Part shown: piece after piece, positions 40,333-53,700 of the stretch
How positions within the stretch are numbered: position 1 is the first letter of the stretch
How the letters are laid out: each line of letters begins with the position of its first letter
Origin: Trichinella spiralis
Lineage: Eukaryota
DNA: 64,000 nt
Direction of reading: 5' to 3'
Assembly (NCBI RefSeq): GCF_000181795.1
Contig: NW_003526944.1
Location: 491,383 to 555,382, forward strand
Program-made: the position numbers and the translations under genes
The notes under the pieces: model-generated
The model's input: the letters and a program-made list of their open reading frames with translations, nothing else
What the model was told of the DNA's origin: nothing
Databases searched by the model: none

Positions 40333-43203
40333 GTTGTTATGGTGTTGTTGTTTTTATAATTTTCACAAGCTTTCAACACTTTTGTTTGATTTTGTTCTTA
40401 TTGGTGGGTTTGATTCTTTTAGCTTTTACTTGACGCTAGATGTTCGGTTTGTCGTTGCAAGTTTGTCGCTTGTTGTAATTTTCTTGTTCTTCTTGAAAAT
40501 TTGGGTCATTTGAAAAGTAAAAAAAAGCATTTCTTATTCTTCTTCTTCTTCTTCTCATCAATTCATTCATTCAACTGATCAACTGATCGATCATCAGCAT
40601 ATCATCAGAACAAGCAGTCCAGTTTCCTCTGTTTGCCAATTTTTGCCCAACGACGATTTTGTTCGTGTTTTATGTCACACAAGCTTGTTTGATCGGCCCG
40701 AGTTGAAATTAAGCGTTGCCGTTCGTTCTCTTTCCAACGACGACGCTGCTTCGGCTGTTTTTCCTACTGCGCTCTTCTGCTCAAATTGCTGCTCAAAGTT
40801 AGCACTGCTAATGTTAATTCTATTGCTGCCAGCACCAACTGAATCTTCCTGTGCTGATGGTTGAACACGATTGGTCGACCACGTTGCGCTTCACTTTCAG
40901 CCCAGCTGTCACTAATCTTGCGGATTCATGTACCTGAAAATCGTTAATTTTTTATTATACGGTAAATTTTCCTTTGCTTCAACAACGGATAAGTCGAGCA
41001 AAACGTGCTCATCATTATTGTCATCTTTAATATTATTATTATCTTTTTTTATTTCATTTTTATTTTTTTACTCAATAATGTCCTCCAAACTATTGCATAC
41101 CTATGGCATAAATTGAAAATTGTCACTTAATTAATTCACACTTAATTTGCTTGAAAAAATTTTTAAAAAAGTGGAAAATAGAATAATAATAATAATAATA
41201 ATAGGCGTGTGTTTATTTTCTTTTTTTACTGCAGTTTAAATTATGGTCCATAATTAAATTATGGAATGATGAACGTTTAGATTTTAGGTTGTATAGTTAA
41301 TTGTACAATTCAATTAAGCTTATGTTGCGTGCCTGATTGGCACTGACGAAATGACGAAATCAGAAAATCCCTCCGGTGTAACTGGAGCCGACCGGCGATT
41401 GCTGTTATCAAGTTAGTAGCTTCAAATACGGAAAAGCGACCATGGCAAGAATTAATAAAATAAAAGCAAGCTAGACGATTGATTTTTTTTGTTCGAGGTG
41501 TGCAAATTTCCAATTAAAGAGATTTTGTCACCATACACCGTCTGCTCATGGTAAGTGTTTATTTGATTTATTCAATGCAAATTTTCAACAGCTTAATTCG
41601 AATCAGGCCTAAAAGCAAGCTAACTTTTATCATCGATTGATTGATCGATCGATCTCAATTTTTCCATTTCTTATTTTATTTCTTTGTATGTGAAATTTTT
41701 GTTCCACCGGTTGCTGACATAATTTAAACAACAAATACGCAAATAGACTGATGATGATTTAGTCACCTTTTGATTGACATTGTTCATAGCTCGACATGAC
41801 GCACTGTAATTTGCTTACTGTCACTTTGAATTGAAACGTATTTTCATTCATAAAATGATTTCTTTGTCAACTGAATTAAACAAACGAATAGTAATGAAAC
41901 TGAAATGTTTTCTTCTTATACAATAATATAGTCTTTTTTAAGCTGGGACTAATAAAGAAGTAATCCTTTGAAATTTTCTTACCTCTTTATTCAAATGTAT
42001 TTTGTATTTCACATGACAACGAATTTCTGCTTTATTCATTTTTATTTCATTTTTAATAACAATAGTAAGAAATTCTTGCAATTGCAATATAATTAGTAAT
42101 AACGGAATGAATGATAAGTTGTTATTTCATTGTTAGTAGATATTGTTGAATGCAGCACGCTTTGTTGGAAAATTAGCAATATTGCGTGACGTCATATTGG
42201 CACGGAAGCGTTCAAAGTGCAGCAGCGGTTGCTATCGTCGTTTCCGCTTGACGGATGCATGATTTCGAATGGACGACGACTGAAAATTTGAATGGAAAAT
42301 TCAAGAATAATGAAGCAGAATCAAAAGTAAAAAAACAAGCAAAAATATACATTTCACAACAGCTTCTTCTTCACAACTGAACATTAAACAAGTCGAACAG
42401 TGAAAATTACGTCATCATAAAAACTATTGCTATTGTTACACACGACTTGCGCAATTCAACTTCACAGCTTTTGACAGAAAGGTAAGCAAATTTTGTCATT
42501 TTGTTCAGTAGATTGCTTTATCATGCTGTTTTCCAATTTTACGACTCAATTCATTTGTTACTTTATTACTTTTATGTGGAGGGAGGGTGGATGGATGATA
42601 TTCGTTTAAATTTATCTATGTTAATTTTATTTGTCTATGCATGTGGTTGGGAATTTATTTGCCATTAGAAATGTGGCCATTATTCGAAGTTCGAAATTCG
42701 CTTCTCCCTTTCTCTCCACTAGCACTGCCTTCAGTGATACGAAGTTTTGCGTCACATTGTCGTTGTTCAGTGGAATTCTTTTTTTTTCTTTCTCAATTGT
42801 TATAAAATTCTGAAAAGAGGAAGCACAAATTATGCTAAATCATTTGAACGACTGTTGTTGGCTTTAATTTGTGATGCTATTTTCCATTGAACGGTACTTC
42901 AGATGAATAATTTGCTCAATGAAAAATTCAACTGAACTGAAGTGCCAAATGGAATTTTTGCAATTTATCACATTTTCCACGAGATAAATTTTCATTAACA
43001 AAAATTGCTCAGAAAAAATCCAATTGGTTTTTGTTGATTTTTTGTTTTATTTCGCTACTATAAATGAAGATACACGTACGTTGTAATGTTTATATAGTTG
43101 TGAGATTGTAAAAAAGATTTCAACGGTTAACATTTTTTTTAACAAACATATTCAAAAATGATTCAGGAATGGATAACGATGAGTAAGTAGAAAAGGAAAA
43201 CAG

Positions 43204-46200
43204 TTAGCAGGATGTTTCTTGTTTTTGAAATTTCGTTTTACACTGATGGTTGGGTTTGCATTTGCGAAATCTTCGTCTTGTTGTTGACGACTTGTTGCAC
43301 AAACCCCAAGAAGTCCACTGACTCCAATAATTAGCTGGTGTCGGTTCCGCTTGTGCTTTCACTGGTTTTTCTACAGATAATGGGAAAATGTTTCAGATAA
43401 AAGTAGTAAACAGTGATGGGATTGATTATTAGAGTTGCTATTATTATTATTATTATTATTACTGAGTCGAGATGTCGTATTGATGATAATATCCTTTTCT
43501 GGACAGCTGGCTTCGTCTTCAACAAGGGTCGCTTTGTCTTTGCACAAAAAGTGCTTCAAAGGTGGAACAAAAAGATTTAAAAAACAAATTAATGTTACGG
43601 TTTTTGTACTTAAATATGTTAATTTTTCACCATGCATTTTCCTCGTACGCAGTGGCCGCCGTTTGTGCACGGTGTACCGTCTGGAAAATTACCAACAGAA
43701 TGAGCATAGTCACTGCTTTGAACATGACACCAGATCTTGCATGATTGTTCATTGTCTGAAATGGAAAAAAACAATTTTTAAAACAAAAAATAAAACATCT
43801 ATTCTACATTTCAAAATGCTGACGTTGCAAGCCGACACCGGATAGAATTGTTGGGAAATTCTCTTTCCATTCTGAGCACTTTTTTGTGGCGAATTCGTTC
43901 ACTTTAAGTCCTGAGCATTTCTGCAAGTACTGCACGTTTACGGGGAAATGGCAATTTGAAAATTACCGTTTCTGTACAAATTACAGCTCGATACTCTGCT
44001 CCCGGGCAATTTCGTCCTCCATTATTTGGTCTGCAGTTGTCGGCAAAATTATCATCTCATTAATTAAACTATTTATCAACAACACCACTGCATTGCATAC
44101 TGTGGTCGATTGCACAGACGTTGAGCGAGTCGTAAACGCACCTGATCACCGATAACGCATTCCGTGCATTCGTCTTCTACATTCGTTCTCCACATACTCC
44201 ACTGACCGTTGACGGGATGTGGCGGATGGTCACTGCCAAGCCAAGATTGGCATTTTCCATGAAAACACCACTGAAATACGATTCAAATAGCTGAAATTAT
44301 GTTGTGAAATATTTTTATTTTACTTTCTTCGGTCCACAGTAAGTTCCTTCCAAAGCTGGATGTGTGTTGCGAATGATTCCTTCGCCTGCACTACACCAAA
44401 TCATGCGACAAATGTCTGACAGTGACTGCTTTGGCTGAAGTTGATGTATCCAACTATTGCCGTGTGCTTTTTTGCATTGCTGGTCAACGTTGTACATTTG
44501 ACCAGCGTATGGTTTTTTGTTAATCGAAAGCACTTCCGGTGTGATATCGCTGTCCAGCAGGCAATTCTTCACTGTATCTTTTGAACTGAAATTTAATTTA
44601 AAAAAAAAACTTTTTTTGACTTTTATTATTGTGGCAGTTGTGGAATTAATTACGTGCCTGAGCTTTTTGAGAAAACGATGCAACTCATTCACGCTACACT
44701 TTGACCAGGATGTCTTTCCTTCTCCGACGAACGGGGACATCAGGCAGCAGTTAGCGTTGCATTCATTGTCACCGTCGTGAATCATACCCAGACTGTATTG
44801 AGCAAAATGAAAACGATGTACGCTTTGCGCAAAAGTATGTTCAAATAATTAATAATGATCATAATTATAATAATAAGCATTAATTACTTGTGACCAATTT
44901 CGTGGGCAATAACAAAAGAGCAGCCAAAGTCAGCGCCTTCATTGATTGTGCAACTTTTCAATGGATTGCACATGCCACCTACTGGTGCAAAGCCTGAAAA
45001 TCTTCTTTTTTTTGTTTTATTCTTTTAATATTCAGTCTACTTATTATTTATTATATGTAAATTAATTTACCTGCAACAGCTTTCACACTGCCACTGTACA
45101 GATCGTATCTGCAAAATAAGTTAGTTATATTGCATTGGTGCAGTATTTTTTCGAATAGTTCAATCACGTTTACCCTGAGAAAAGCAGTGCATGATCCCAG
45201 TGTCTTGGATCAGTGTCAGAGGCGGGATTGATTGAATTTTGATATTTGCAAAATGCATTCAACAGTAGAGTTGCTTCTCCATTTCCATGCACTGTGTCAG
45301 CTAATTCAGGCTACAGAAATGGCTTTGTAATCGAATCATAAAGTACAATAGAACGAGAAGAATTTATTTAAAACTGTACAGCTACATACCACCAAGCTGT
45401 TTCTATTCAAAGCGACATATATAAATATGTTTATATTTACCGGAGTGTTTTTGAACACGTGAAATTTTTTTATTTTAAAGTAAATTGACGGGTGCAGAGA
45501 TGGATGTTGAAACAACGCGTTGATCTACAACATTATATATTTTGAAATTTGAATCAAAAGTGCATTTTTATCTTAGTTGAAAGGTGATTGCTTTCACTCA
45601 CGTTGTTGATTGTTGCTAGGACAAAATTTAGCAGTTCCGTATTGGCCATATCATTTCCGTAGATATTTCGAAATTGCTTGTAAATTTTTGCGTCAACGAA
45701 AAGTGCCAACTCTACAGTCAGGGGACCTTTGAGCGCAGCCGCAGTTTCATAGTGTTGTTCATTCGATGCTGGTTCATCTTTCAATTTCAACTCTGAAAAT
45801 TTTTCATACGACCCAGGAAGCGCAATTAAAAAATTATTGCTTTTATACAGTATGGCATTTTTTTATTTTAAATCAAAATAACAAATAAGTTCATACTTTG
45901 TTACGTGATTTTTGCAAGAAGAAATCAGGGCACCTCAATTGAAGAAATAAACCATTTTTTACGCTTAACAACACTAATAATTACAATGCTGTGGCATTGT
46001 TATTACAATATTTGAACAAAAAAGATTCATATTGAAAATTTGAAAAATTAACTAATTTTGATGTTGTTTGTTGATAAATTTTTGTGAACGTCGAAGATTA
46101 CTTTAACTTCTTATGCATTCACAAATTCAACACGCCTTCCTTACCAGTGAAATCATGCATGCATGTTGCTTTTGTTCTGTGCCCATAGTCATAGTCAGTG

Positions 46201-47749
46201 GATCGTTTGTGCAAAACATGCAAAGTTTCATCAGCCTTCCATTTGGAAGTGACGTTTTGCATTTTTGTTCGAGCATTCGGTGGCACAGGTTGAATGAGCA
46301 AATAAGTTCCATCCTCAAAGCTGGCAATGCCACGCTGTAAATAATTAATAATCTTTCATTATGAAGATAAAAAATGCTTTTACTTATTTTGCTTTGTTGT
46401 TTCTTTGAAGTAATATCCTACAAAAAATCAAATACATCTTACGTAATATAAAAATCAAAAATTCAATGAATAATTTTCTAAAACAATGTGACACTTCCGT
46501 GAGCGTTAATATAAGTGTTGTTAGTTGTTTTGGTTTTGTTTTTTAATTGAATTTATTATATTAAATGTGATTCGCTTTTCAATGCAAAAAGAATATGCTA
46601 TCAGCAAAGATTTGTCAGTTAAGTGATTAGTAGAAGGATATTTCTTGTTTGTACGCATTGTAAGTATAAGTTATAGCTATATGACTAATTTTTGTAATGA
46701 GGAGTGGTAAAAGATATAAGCTGAATGATATTTTTCTTCAAAATGTTTACACTTGCATTAAGTTAGTATTTTTGCGGGTTAGCTTTCGAATTTAGCAATA
46801 AATTTGATCAACGATTCTCGCGATTATTTTCATTTACTCACTTGTACAATAGGTAGCACGATTTTCGGCTTTTTCTAGAATATGTTTTATAAACAGGAAA
46901 TTTAGTTTTTCAAGCAAAGTCAATCAAAGTGAGTGAACGGTGAATCGAAATCTACGAATAAAGTGGCTGTGTGTGGAATTCCAACAGCAACAACAACAAA
47001 GTTTATCTTAACTTATTAAGCGAACTTAAGTTTAAAGCTTTGCATTAATATGAAAACTTTTTGAAGTGTATTTTAATAGATATATATTGTGTGGACTGAG
47101 ATACGCGCAAATATAGTAAATATAGGCTCGCTTCAATGGTTGTTTTTGCCGATTCCATTATGCAACAATACTGCTTCAGAGTTGGTTGTAAAATGTACGA
47201 CAAAATGAAAAGATCAAAAAATAATTATGCTTTGGTATTTTAAAATATTCTACTAACCTTACGTTTTCCGCATCCAGCCAAAGCTATTCGATTGTGTTCA
47301 GAGGTAACATCTTTGCCAGTATATAAGCAAGAGGCAATGCGATGCCATTCGTTTTCTGGCGGTAGATGATGTCTGTTGTAGTAATAGAAAGCTTGGTCAA
47401 ACAGCGCCTCTTTTACGGGAATGATTTCAAATTGGTGCACTTGTCCGTGAAAAGAAAAGCTCAGTAGATTGGACGAGTTGCGGTCGACAGTATTTAATGC
47501 GGTGAAATCATAAGAAGGTACTTAAAGTAGAATATGTATGTTTATTTTTTATTCACAGCTGAGCATATTTTTGGTTTTTACACGGAAAAAAATATTTCAT
47601 TTACCCTGAGTGAAATTGACCTTTCCGAATAGATGTTGAAATTCTAGCTTGTCGAACGGTAGGACCCAGTTGCCATCGAATGGTAAAGCAGTGGAATAGA
47701 AAGTGGTGAGCAAAAAGATGGGCAGTGAGAAATAGGAGTCGAGATGCAT
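43204..47749 (-). CDS. ADAMTS-like (reprolysin) metalloprotease with two TSP1 repeats, multi-exon
   Basis: Signal peptide (MHLDSYFSLPIFLLTTFYSTA), prodomain with furin-like HKRS, TVELALFVD, HWDHALL, zinc motif HEIGHNLGMIHD, Met-turn CLMSP, disintegrin-like QQCK..C.MIWC..ALEGTYCG, TSP1 (GQWSMW), Cys-rich region, and terminal TSP1 (YWSQWTSWGLC...RFRKC...QETSC*). Confidence 0.9.
43439..43461. repeat. (TTA)n microsatellite at the 5' end of the last ADAMTS intron
   Basis: Direct reading; explains the poly-N/poly-I/poly-L runs in spurious ORFs here. Confidence 0.85.
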
Positions 47750-49836
47750 TGGCAAACCTTCTTAGTGGAAAACTTGAACTGTATGTGGTTGGTATCTTTG
47801 CAGTTGCCGTCAAAGAACGCCAAATGTTTTTCCTGCCGTTGGATCGCAAACCAATTGCCATTAAACGTGCCCAGTGGGCTTAGACGGTCTGTTGTCCCAG
47901 TTGCAGACGCGCAGAACCGCCCAAGCACTCATCACACTTTCGCGCAATTTAATATTTTTCGACTAGTTTTCTCCGGCTGAGGTTTATTTCATACCAAGCC
48001 TGAGGGGGTGTGACAAAATGGAAAGTCATCAAACAAGCATCAGTAGCAAAAAGCAACAACTGTACGTACGATACAAGCTGTCTGAATGATAGCAATTGAC
48101 GAGGATTCTCCTCATACGTACAGTTCTAAACGCAATGGCCCAGTTGTTTAAATGGCTGATTGTAAGTAACTGTTTGGTCTAATTTTTCCAACCCCCTCAG
48201 GCTAGCAGACCACCCACACGTGCGGTTTGCTAGAAAGGGAAACGCATCGTGCTCAAAGGACCATTTCCATTGACCTGTTTATGACATGCCTTACTCAGTA
48301 CTGCTGTCCCATATTCAATTTGAACGTTTCGACCTCGACATCTTCAACTGTAGTAGGATTGTTAAGAAAAAATTAAAAACGAAACATCACAGAATGTGAA
48401 TTCCAACTGCATATGGCATTGATACGCAGATGAGCGACAGAAGCGGTAACAGTTCCATGACAATACGGTCAATTTTTGAAACGCTCTAATAATCATCAGT
48501 TGATTGGTGAAATAAAAGCGAAACAAACGTGTGCAACGAGCAAGCGGCTTGACCACTGGTTGAGTCATTTTTTGTTTCTACGTAACTTAACGATCATCTT
48601 GTAATCTTTATCCAGGATTTGCTCAACCGGCCGGAACTGCTCGAATTTTCTCGTCTGCGCATTTATTTGCTCCTCGCAATTGCGCAAACGGATTCACAAC
48701 TTCAGCATTCATTCGCTCTGTCTGATATCGGAATTGAATGCGTGTATTTTGCAAAACCAATCAATAAATGAATGCATTTGTAGAACGGTATAGCAAACGG
48801 TTATATGTAAAGGAGGAGAGGGGGGGGGCAGAAGAAAGTTTTGTTTTTCATCAATGCAGATAGCTTTGGAGATTTTTGTATTTGTTTTCAGTGCAGCAGT
48901 CGAAATACAGAACCATGAATACAGCAGCGTAAACAATAGCAGAAGTAGATGTTTGCAAAATTTTCTGTGCTGCTTTCAAGAAGTATCAATATGATGAATT
49001 ATGCGTATGGGAAAAAATGAATTTAAAAGGCAAAAATTTCAATTTCAATTCATTAATGTTTCAAAATGACTGAAATTGTAAAAAAATACTATTCAAATGC
49101 ATGCGCATATTAAGAGTTTGCAGTTTTTTAAATTTGAATATCTTTCGAAATAAGATAGGCAATTTTACATTGGACTGCAGTTACTAAATTTTTTTGTCTC
49201 ATGAAAACTGGCTTCAGTTATCTTTGTTTTTGGTTGATGATCTGGAAGAACAAATTATCCTGTCAAATTGGAGAACTGATCAACAATAAAGCTTATCAGT
49301 ATGCTCCGATTTGCATGGCCCAACTGCTAGAGAAATTTATTGATATAATTAAAGCAATTATTGCTATTGCAAATGTAAGGCATTCAAAGCGTTTGGCAAA
49401 ATAATGCGATTTAAGTACGCGAAATTTGCTACTTTACATTACAAATGAAGATAATTGACAATGGAATGTATGCAAAATTTATTTTTACAGTTTCAGTTCA
49501 GTCCATTATCAAATATGTCATCATGTGTAAAAATATTTATTTCATAATGTTGATAGACGATCATTTCTTGCTAAATTATTTATATAATTGTTCTGATCAG
49601 CAGATAATCACCGTACATGTGAACAACAAAGTAAAATAATAGATGACAGCAGTAGTAGTTCATCTGGGAAAGAATTTTGTTGTGGACGTTAATTTTCCAA
49701 TGATAGAAAATAATAAATTGAACTGTAACTAAAAGTGAAACTGAAACTAACGTCTAACTAATTCTACACGAGACAGAAAGAGTATTTATTCATTCTATTG
49801 CAATGTGAAATATTCTGTTTTCTTTTTTGGAAATCT

Positions 49837-50416
49837 TCAACCGCTTGCTTGTTGAATCACGTTGAAACAATCGATATAGATGTACCACTCAGCACCTATT
49901 TTTTTCCAGATGTAAACGTATCTTGAAAAATAATTTTCTGTCATAAAAATGGACGTTGGATTAGACTCTTACGCTCCGGTTTCAGGACCGCGATTTCCGT
50001 CCAATTTATACGTGCCACGCTGAAATGCAAAATCACCCATGGCATGCACTTCATCGCTCTGCACTGTTGCCATTTTAACACCTTCATTGAAATCTTGTTT
50101 CATATAAGCTTCGACGGCTAAACGAGAAAGATGAGTTTAATTCAAATGAAGTTGATAAATTATGTCGTTATTAATATCATATATATATATATGTAAGATA
50201 CCTTTGCGTCCTACAGTTGGTTGCATAGAGTGGGGCATGAAATGACAATCTTCCGCGTAAATATTAGCTACGGCTGTTGCATTGCCTTCTCGTACCGCTT
50301 TTGCCATCTGCGCATTTCTAGCTCGCAATTCTGTTTCAATATCTGAATATTTTCGTTCATATATTTTTTCCGATGCTTTCTATTCATTATGCAATATAGT
50401 TTTACTTACTGGACAT
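49837..50416 (-). CDS. Small NTF2/SnoaL-like fold protein (DUF4440/YybH-type), 125 aa; exons 50416-50410, 50342-50202, 50117-49973, 49921-49837
   Basis: Four exons with GT-AG boundaries total 378 nt in one frame: MSNIETELRARNAQMAKAVREGNATAVANIYAEDCHFMPHSMQPTVGRKAVEAYMKQDFNEGVKMATVQSDEVHAMGDFAFQRGTYKLDGNRGPETGAYVYIWKKIGAEWYIYIDCFNVIQQASG*. The pattern 'A..Y.ED...P....GR.....G..A...G.Y....G.YV.IWKK..G.W.I' is typical of DUF4440-like proteins. The family was assigned by eye. Confidence 0.8.
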
Positions 50417-50746
50417 GTTGGTTGTTATGATTGATATTCAGTATTACACACCGTAGAATAACAGTTCACCAACTGGCCAGCAAATGAGCAGAATGTTGAC
50501 TACTAATGCTGTTTGCAAATCTGTTCGCTTTTTAAAAGCAAATCCAACAGTTAGTTATTAAGATCTTTCAGTCAATATTAAATCACTTTAAACGTTCTCC
50601 TTTACAACTGCAGATAATTGCTGCGTATCCATTTCTTGCACGCAATTTGTGGGCAGATAATTGTCAATACCTGAACAATATTACTTCAAGTAAATTAACA
50701 CCGAAAATGTGTTTGTTCAAGATGCATCACGCTCGGATTGTTTTGC

Positions 50747-50781
50747 ATAGATATATATATATATAGATAGATAGATAGATA
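50747..50781. repeat. Compound (AT)n(AGAT)n microsatellite
   Basis: Direct reading: ATAGATATATATATATATAGATAGATAGATAGATA. Confidence 0.85.
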
Positions 50782-53700
50782 TTGCTTGTATCTACATTAC
50801 CCTGTTCACCTTGGAATTGCATGGCAAAAAATTGATCGTCCATGCATCAGGTCTACGGGCATTGATTGTACATTGTAGTATTTATTTCTACTTGTCTAAT
50901 CAGCTTTATCATGTTCCATTTAGGCGTATCTAATTTCACGTTCATAATTTCACTGTACTGTGATGTTATTTTAAATTTCGAAATAACTGACATTTTTTAG
51001 ATTTATCAAACTTTTCAAAATTATAATCATCTCATTGCTGTTAGCGTTTTGTTCACGCCTGAACGTTTCATGCGCAGTGCATTTATTTACTTTATGGGTT
51101 TTCATTTTTTGAGTGTAAATTATTTTGAAATATTTTATTCAAATAAGATTCTTAAAGAAGACAAAACCACACACTGATGATCATGCATGAAAGTGCTGTT
51201 TCATATTTTTTATCCTTGATCCAATTATGCAGCTGATAATATGTAACTTGCCAATGAGCATTGCCCTGAATTATCAGTAGAAATGAACTTTAAACACATT
51301 TGTGAGCGACTGCTATTTGTTTGTTGTTGAATTCCATTAGAAATAATTGTTTGCTAACTGTGTGCGGCAACGGATCAACGTGGCGTTTTCACTGCAAAGC
51401 CGAATGTGCAACCATAAACGATATGAAATTTATTTTTTATTATAATTATTAAAAGGTCTTGGTTGCTGTGGGGACCTGCTCAGCCTGGCCATCTTACATT
51501 CTTGTCCTCTACCCTGCCTCACTATGGGAACTCCCGATTTCTCAGGCTCAAAGCCACTCGCCTGTTGTCCGGATTTCCTTTTCAGATTGTGATCTGAAGG
51601 GGGGGGGGAATCGTACAATCTGATCCGCCAAAGACGTAGCCCGTAACACCGTGGTGTGAACCAGGGATTGAAAATTATCATCTTTGGTGACTTGGTTCTC
51701 AATGCCTGATGAATAACGAAACTGCTCTCGAGCATTACACTCAATATTAATGTACTTTCTGACGCACCACCATATACTCGCATATTTTCCTATAACTACA
51801 ACTCATATTTACATTAAATGGATTAAAATTCATTTTTGTATTAAAAAAAGTTGCTGTGATGAAGCTGAGTTGATCAAAAATAAAATACTGACACATTTGG
51901 TTTGTGATGCTCTGAAAAAATTGTTAATTCAGATAATAATCGTTGATTCCTTTTATGTAGATGTTTTCTCTTCTACGAGCTGATCCAGATATTTTGTCAA
52001 TGCGAACAGTGTTGCGTTTATTTTATTTAAATGATGAAATTCAACGGCGCAAAGTAGTGCACACAAAGCTTTCTTACGGAAACAGTGAAAACCTCTTTAG
52101 AAACTCGTCGCCAAGACAACAAGTCTTGCAAATTTTATAATAATATCAATAATTAAAACATTATGTTATTATAATAATTGTGTCGGGATAGATGTTGATC
52201 GTATATTTGAACAGTTGTTGTTAAAAATTCATTTATTCAAGAGCATTATTCCATTTAAATATTATTCAAATTTTAGTCCATATCGTATCTTCTTTACTAT
52301 TGCAATAATTGCAGCACTGAAAATAGAAACATGTTGCTCTTCTATTCTCAGTTACTTTCATTGCAACCAAATTTTGTTCGTCTATTTCGTGGGGCGTGGT
52401 TATTCTTGTTTCCAATCCAAATTTTCTAATAATGTGAAAAATCAAAGCTTTAAGAAGCTCATTTAGCCGTAGTCAGAGTGATCTTCCACCGCTGGTTGAT
52501 TAGTGTTTAAATCATACATGATAATCTTTGCTCTTCTGTCAAGTTTCAGTGAGGATGCTTGTTATACTTTTTTATTCTTATAACTTTAGAAGACTCAGAA
52601 ATTGATGAATTTATTTTTTCAGATGATTCCGAGCATACTCAGTATCTAGCTGCATAATATAATTTCAAATCTTCAAGTGGTATGCTACCTCAGTGACCTA
52701 TTTCACTTCAGGTAAACGTATGTGCATTTACACGTTAGCAAACAAAGTTTTTGGTAATTTGATGGTGCGCTGTGCCGACGGCATTCTGATGAAAGTATTT
52801 TCAAATTCAATTCAAATCAGGAAGTGATTTTCTACATATGTAAAGCTTTGTTTATTTTAAGCAGGCAACTATCTTCTGAGTATTCACTAATAATGAAGAA
52901 CGCTTTCGCTACGGCGCTGGGTAATTGCTCATTTTTGGTGCTTCGCTTCAACAAATACGTTGCAAATGTTAGGCGGAAAATGCGTCAAACCACGAACATC
53001 GGTTGGAAAATTTTACAGTCCCACGTCTGCTTCATATCAGCGTGCTTCCTTTCAGGTATGAAGTTTTACATATTTGCAATTTAATTGTTTTTTCTTAGTA
53101 CATTCTATAGTGTTCGTTTTTCCACTAACACGTTTTCCATCTCTCGTGGATTTATTTTTAACTGCTGTGAATTGAAACTAAAAGGTTTTTATCGTCTGTA
53201 ATGAAATCAGTGACGTTCGACAAACCAATGACATTTTATAAGATCAATTTTAAATTCATATAAATGGAAAGTTAGAAATTTAACACTCTGGGAAGTAAAA
53301 GTAAAAGCTGTAGCGCATTTTTGTTCACATGCAAAGTCTTCTTATTTGCGAACATTTTTTAAATAAAAGTGAAAGCTTCAAAGGCGGTTTTATTGTTGAT
53401 GAAGCATCTCATTTCAAATTATTTTTTTAACAGACAATAAATGGAAAGTATTTAAATCTTTCTCTATTTCGTGAAATTTGATGCTGGATTTGAAATTTTT
53501 CTTCAACGAGATTTCTATTAAAACAATGCCTATTTGATTTCTTTTTATTTTTTCATCAGGAAACTTTTTCTGTTATGTATTTTACTTATATTTTTTGGTT
53601 AATTGTATTGCCCAATTTGAAATTTTACATTTGAAATAATAAAATGTAATGAAAGTTAAATGTTCAATTTTTTTTATGATTTCACATTCATGTGATTTTA

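Noticed and set aside
40677..40890. Stop-free minus-strand frame upstream of the AChE ATG
   Set aside because: No in-frame ATG, bounded by stops and not joinable to the AChE frame; probably 5' UTR.
46384..46417. Exon-like 34-nt segment in an ADAMTS intron
   Set aside because: Inclusion would shift the frame; direct splicing GKRK/RGIASF fits the prodomain consensus.
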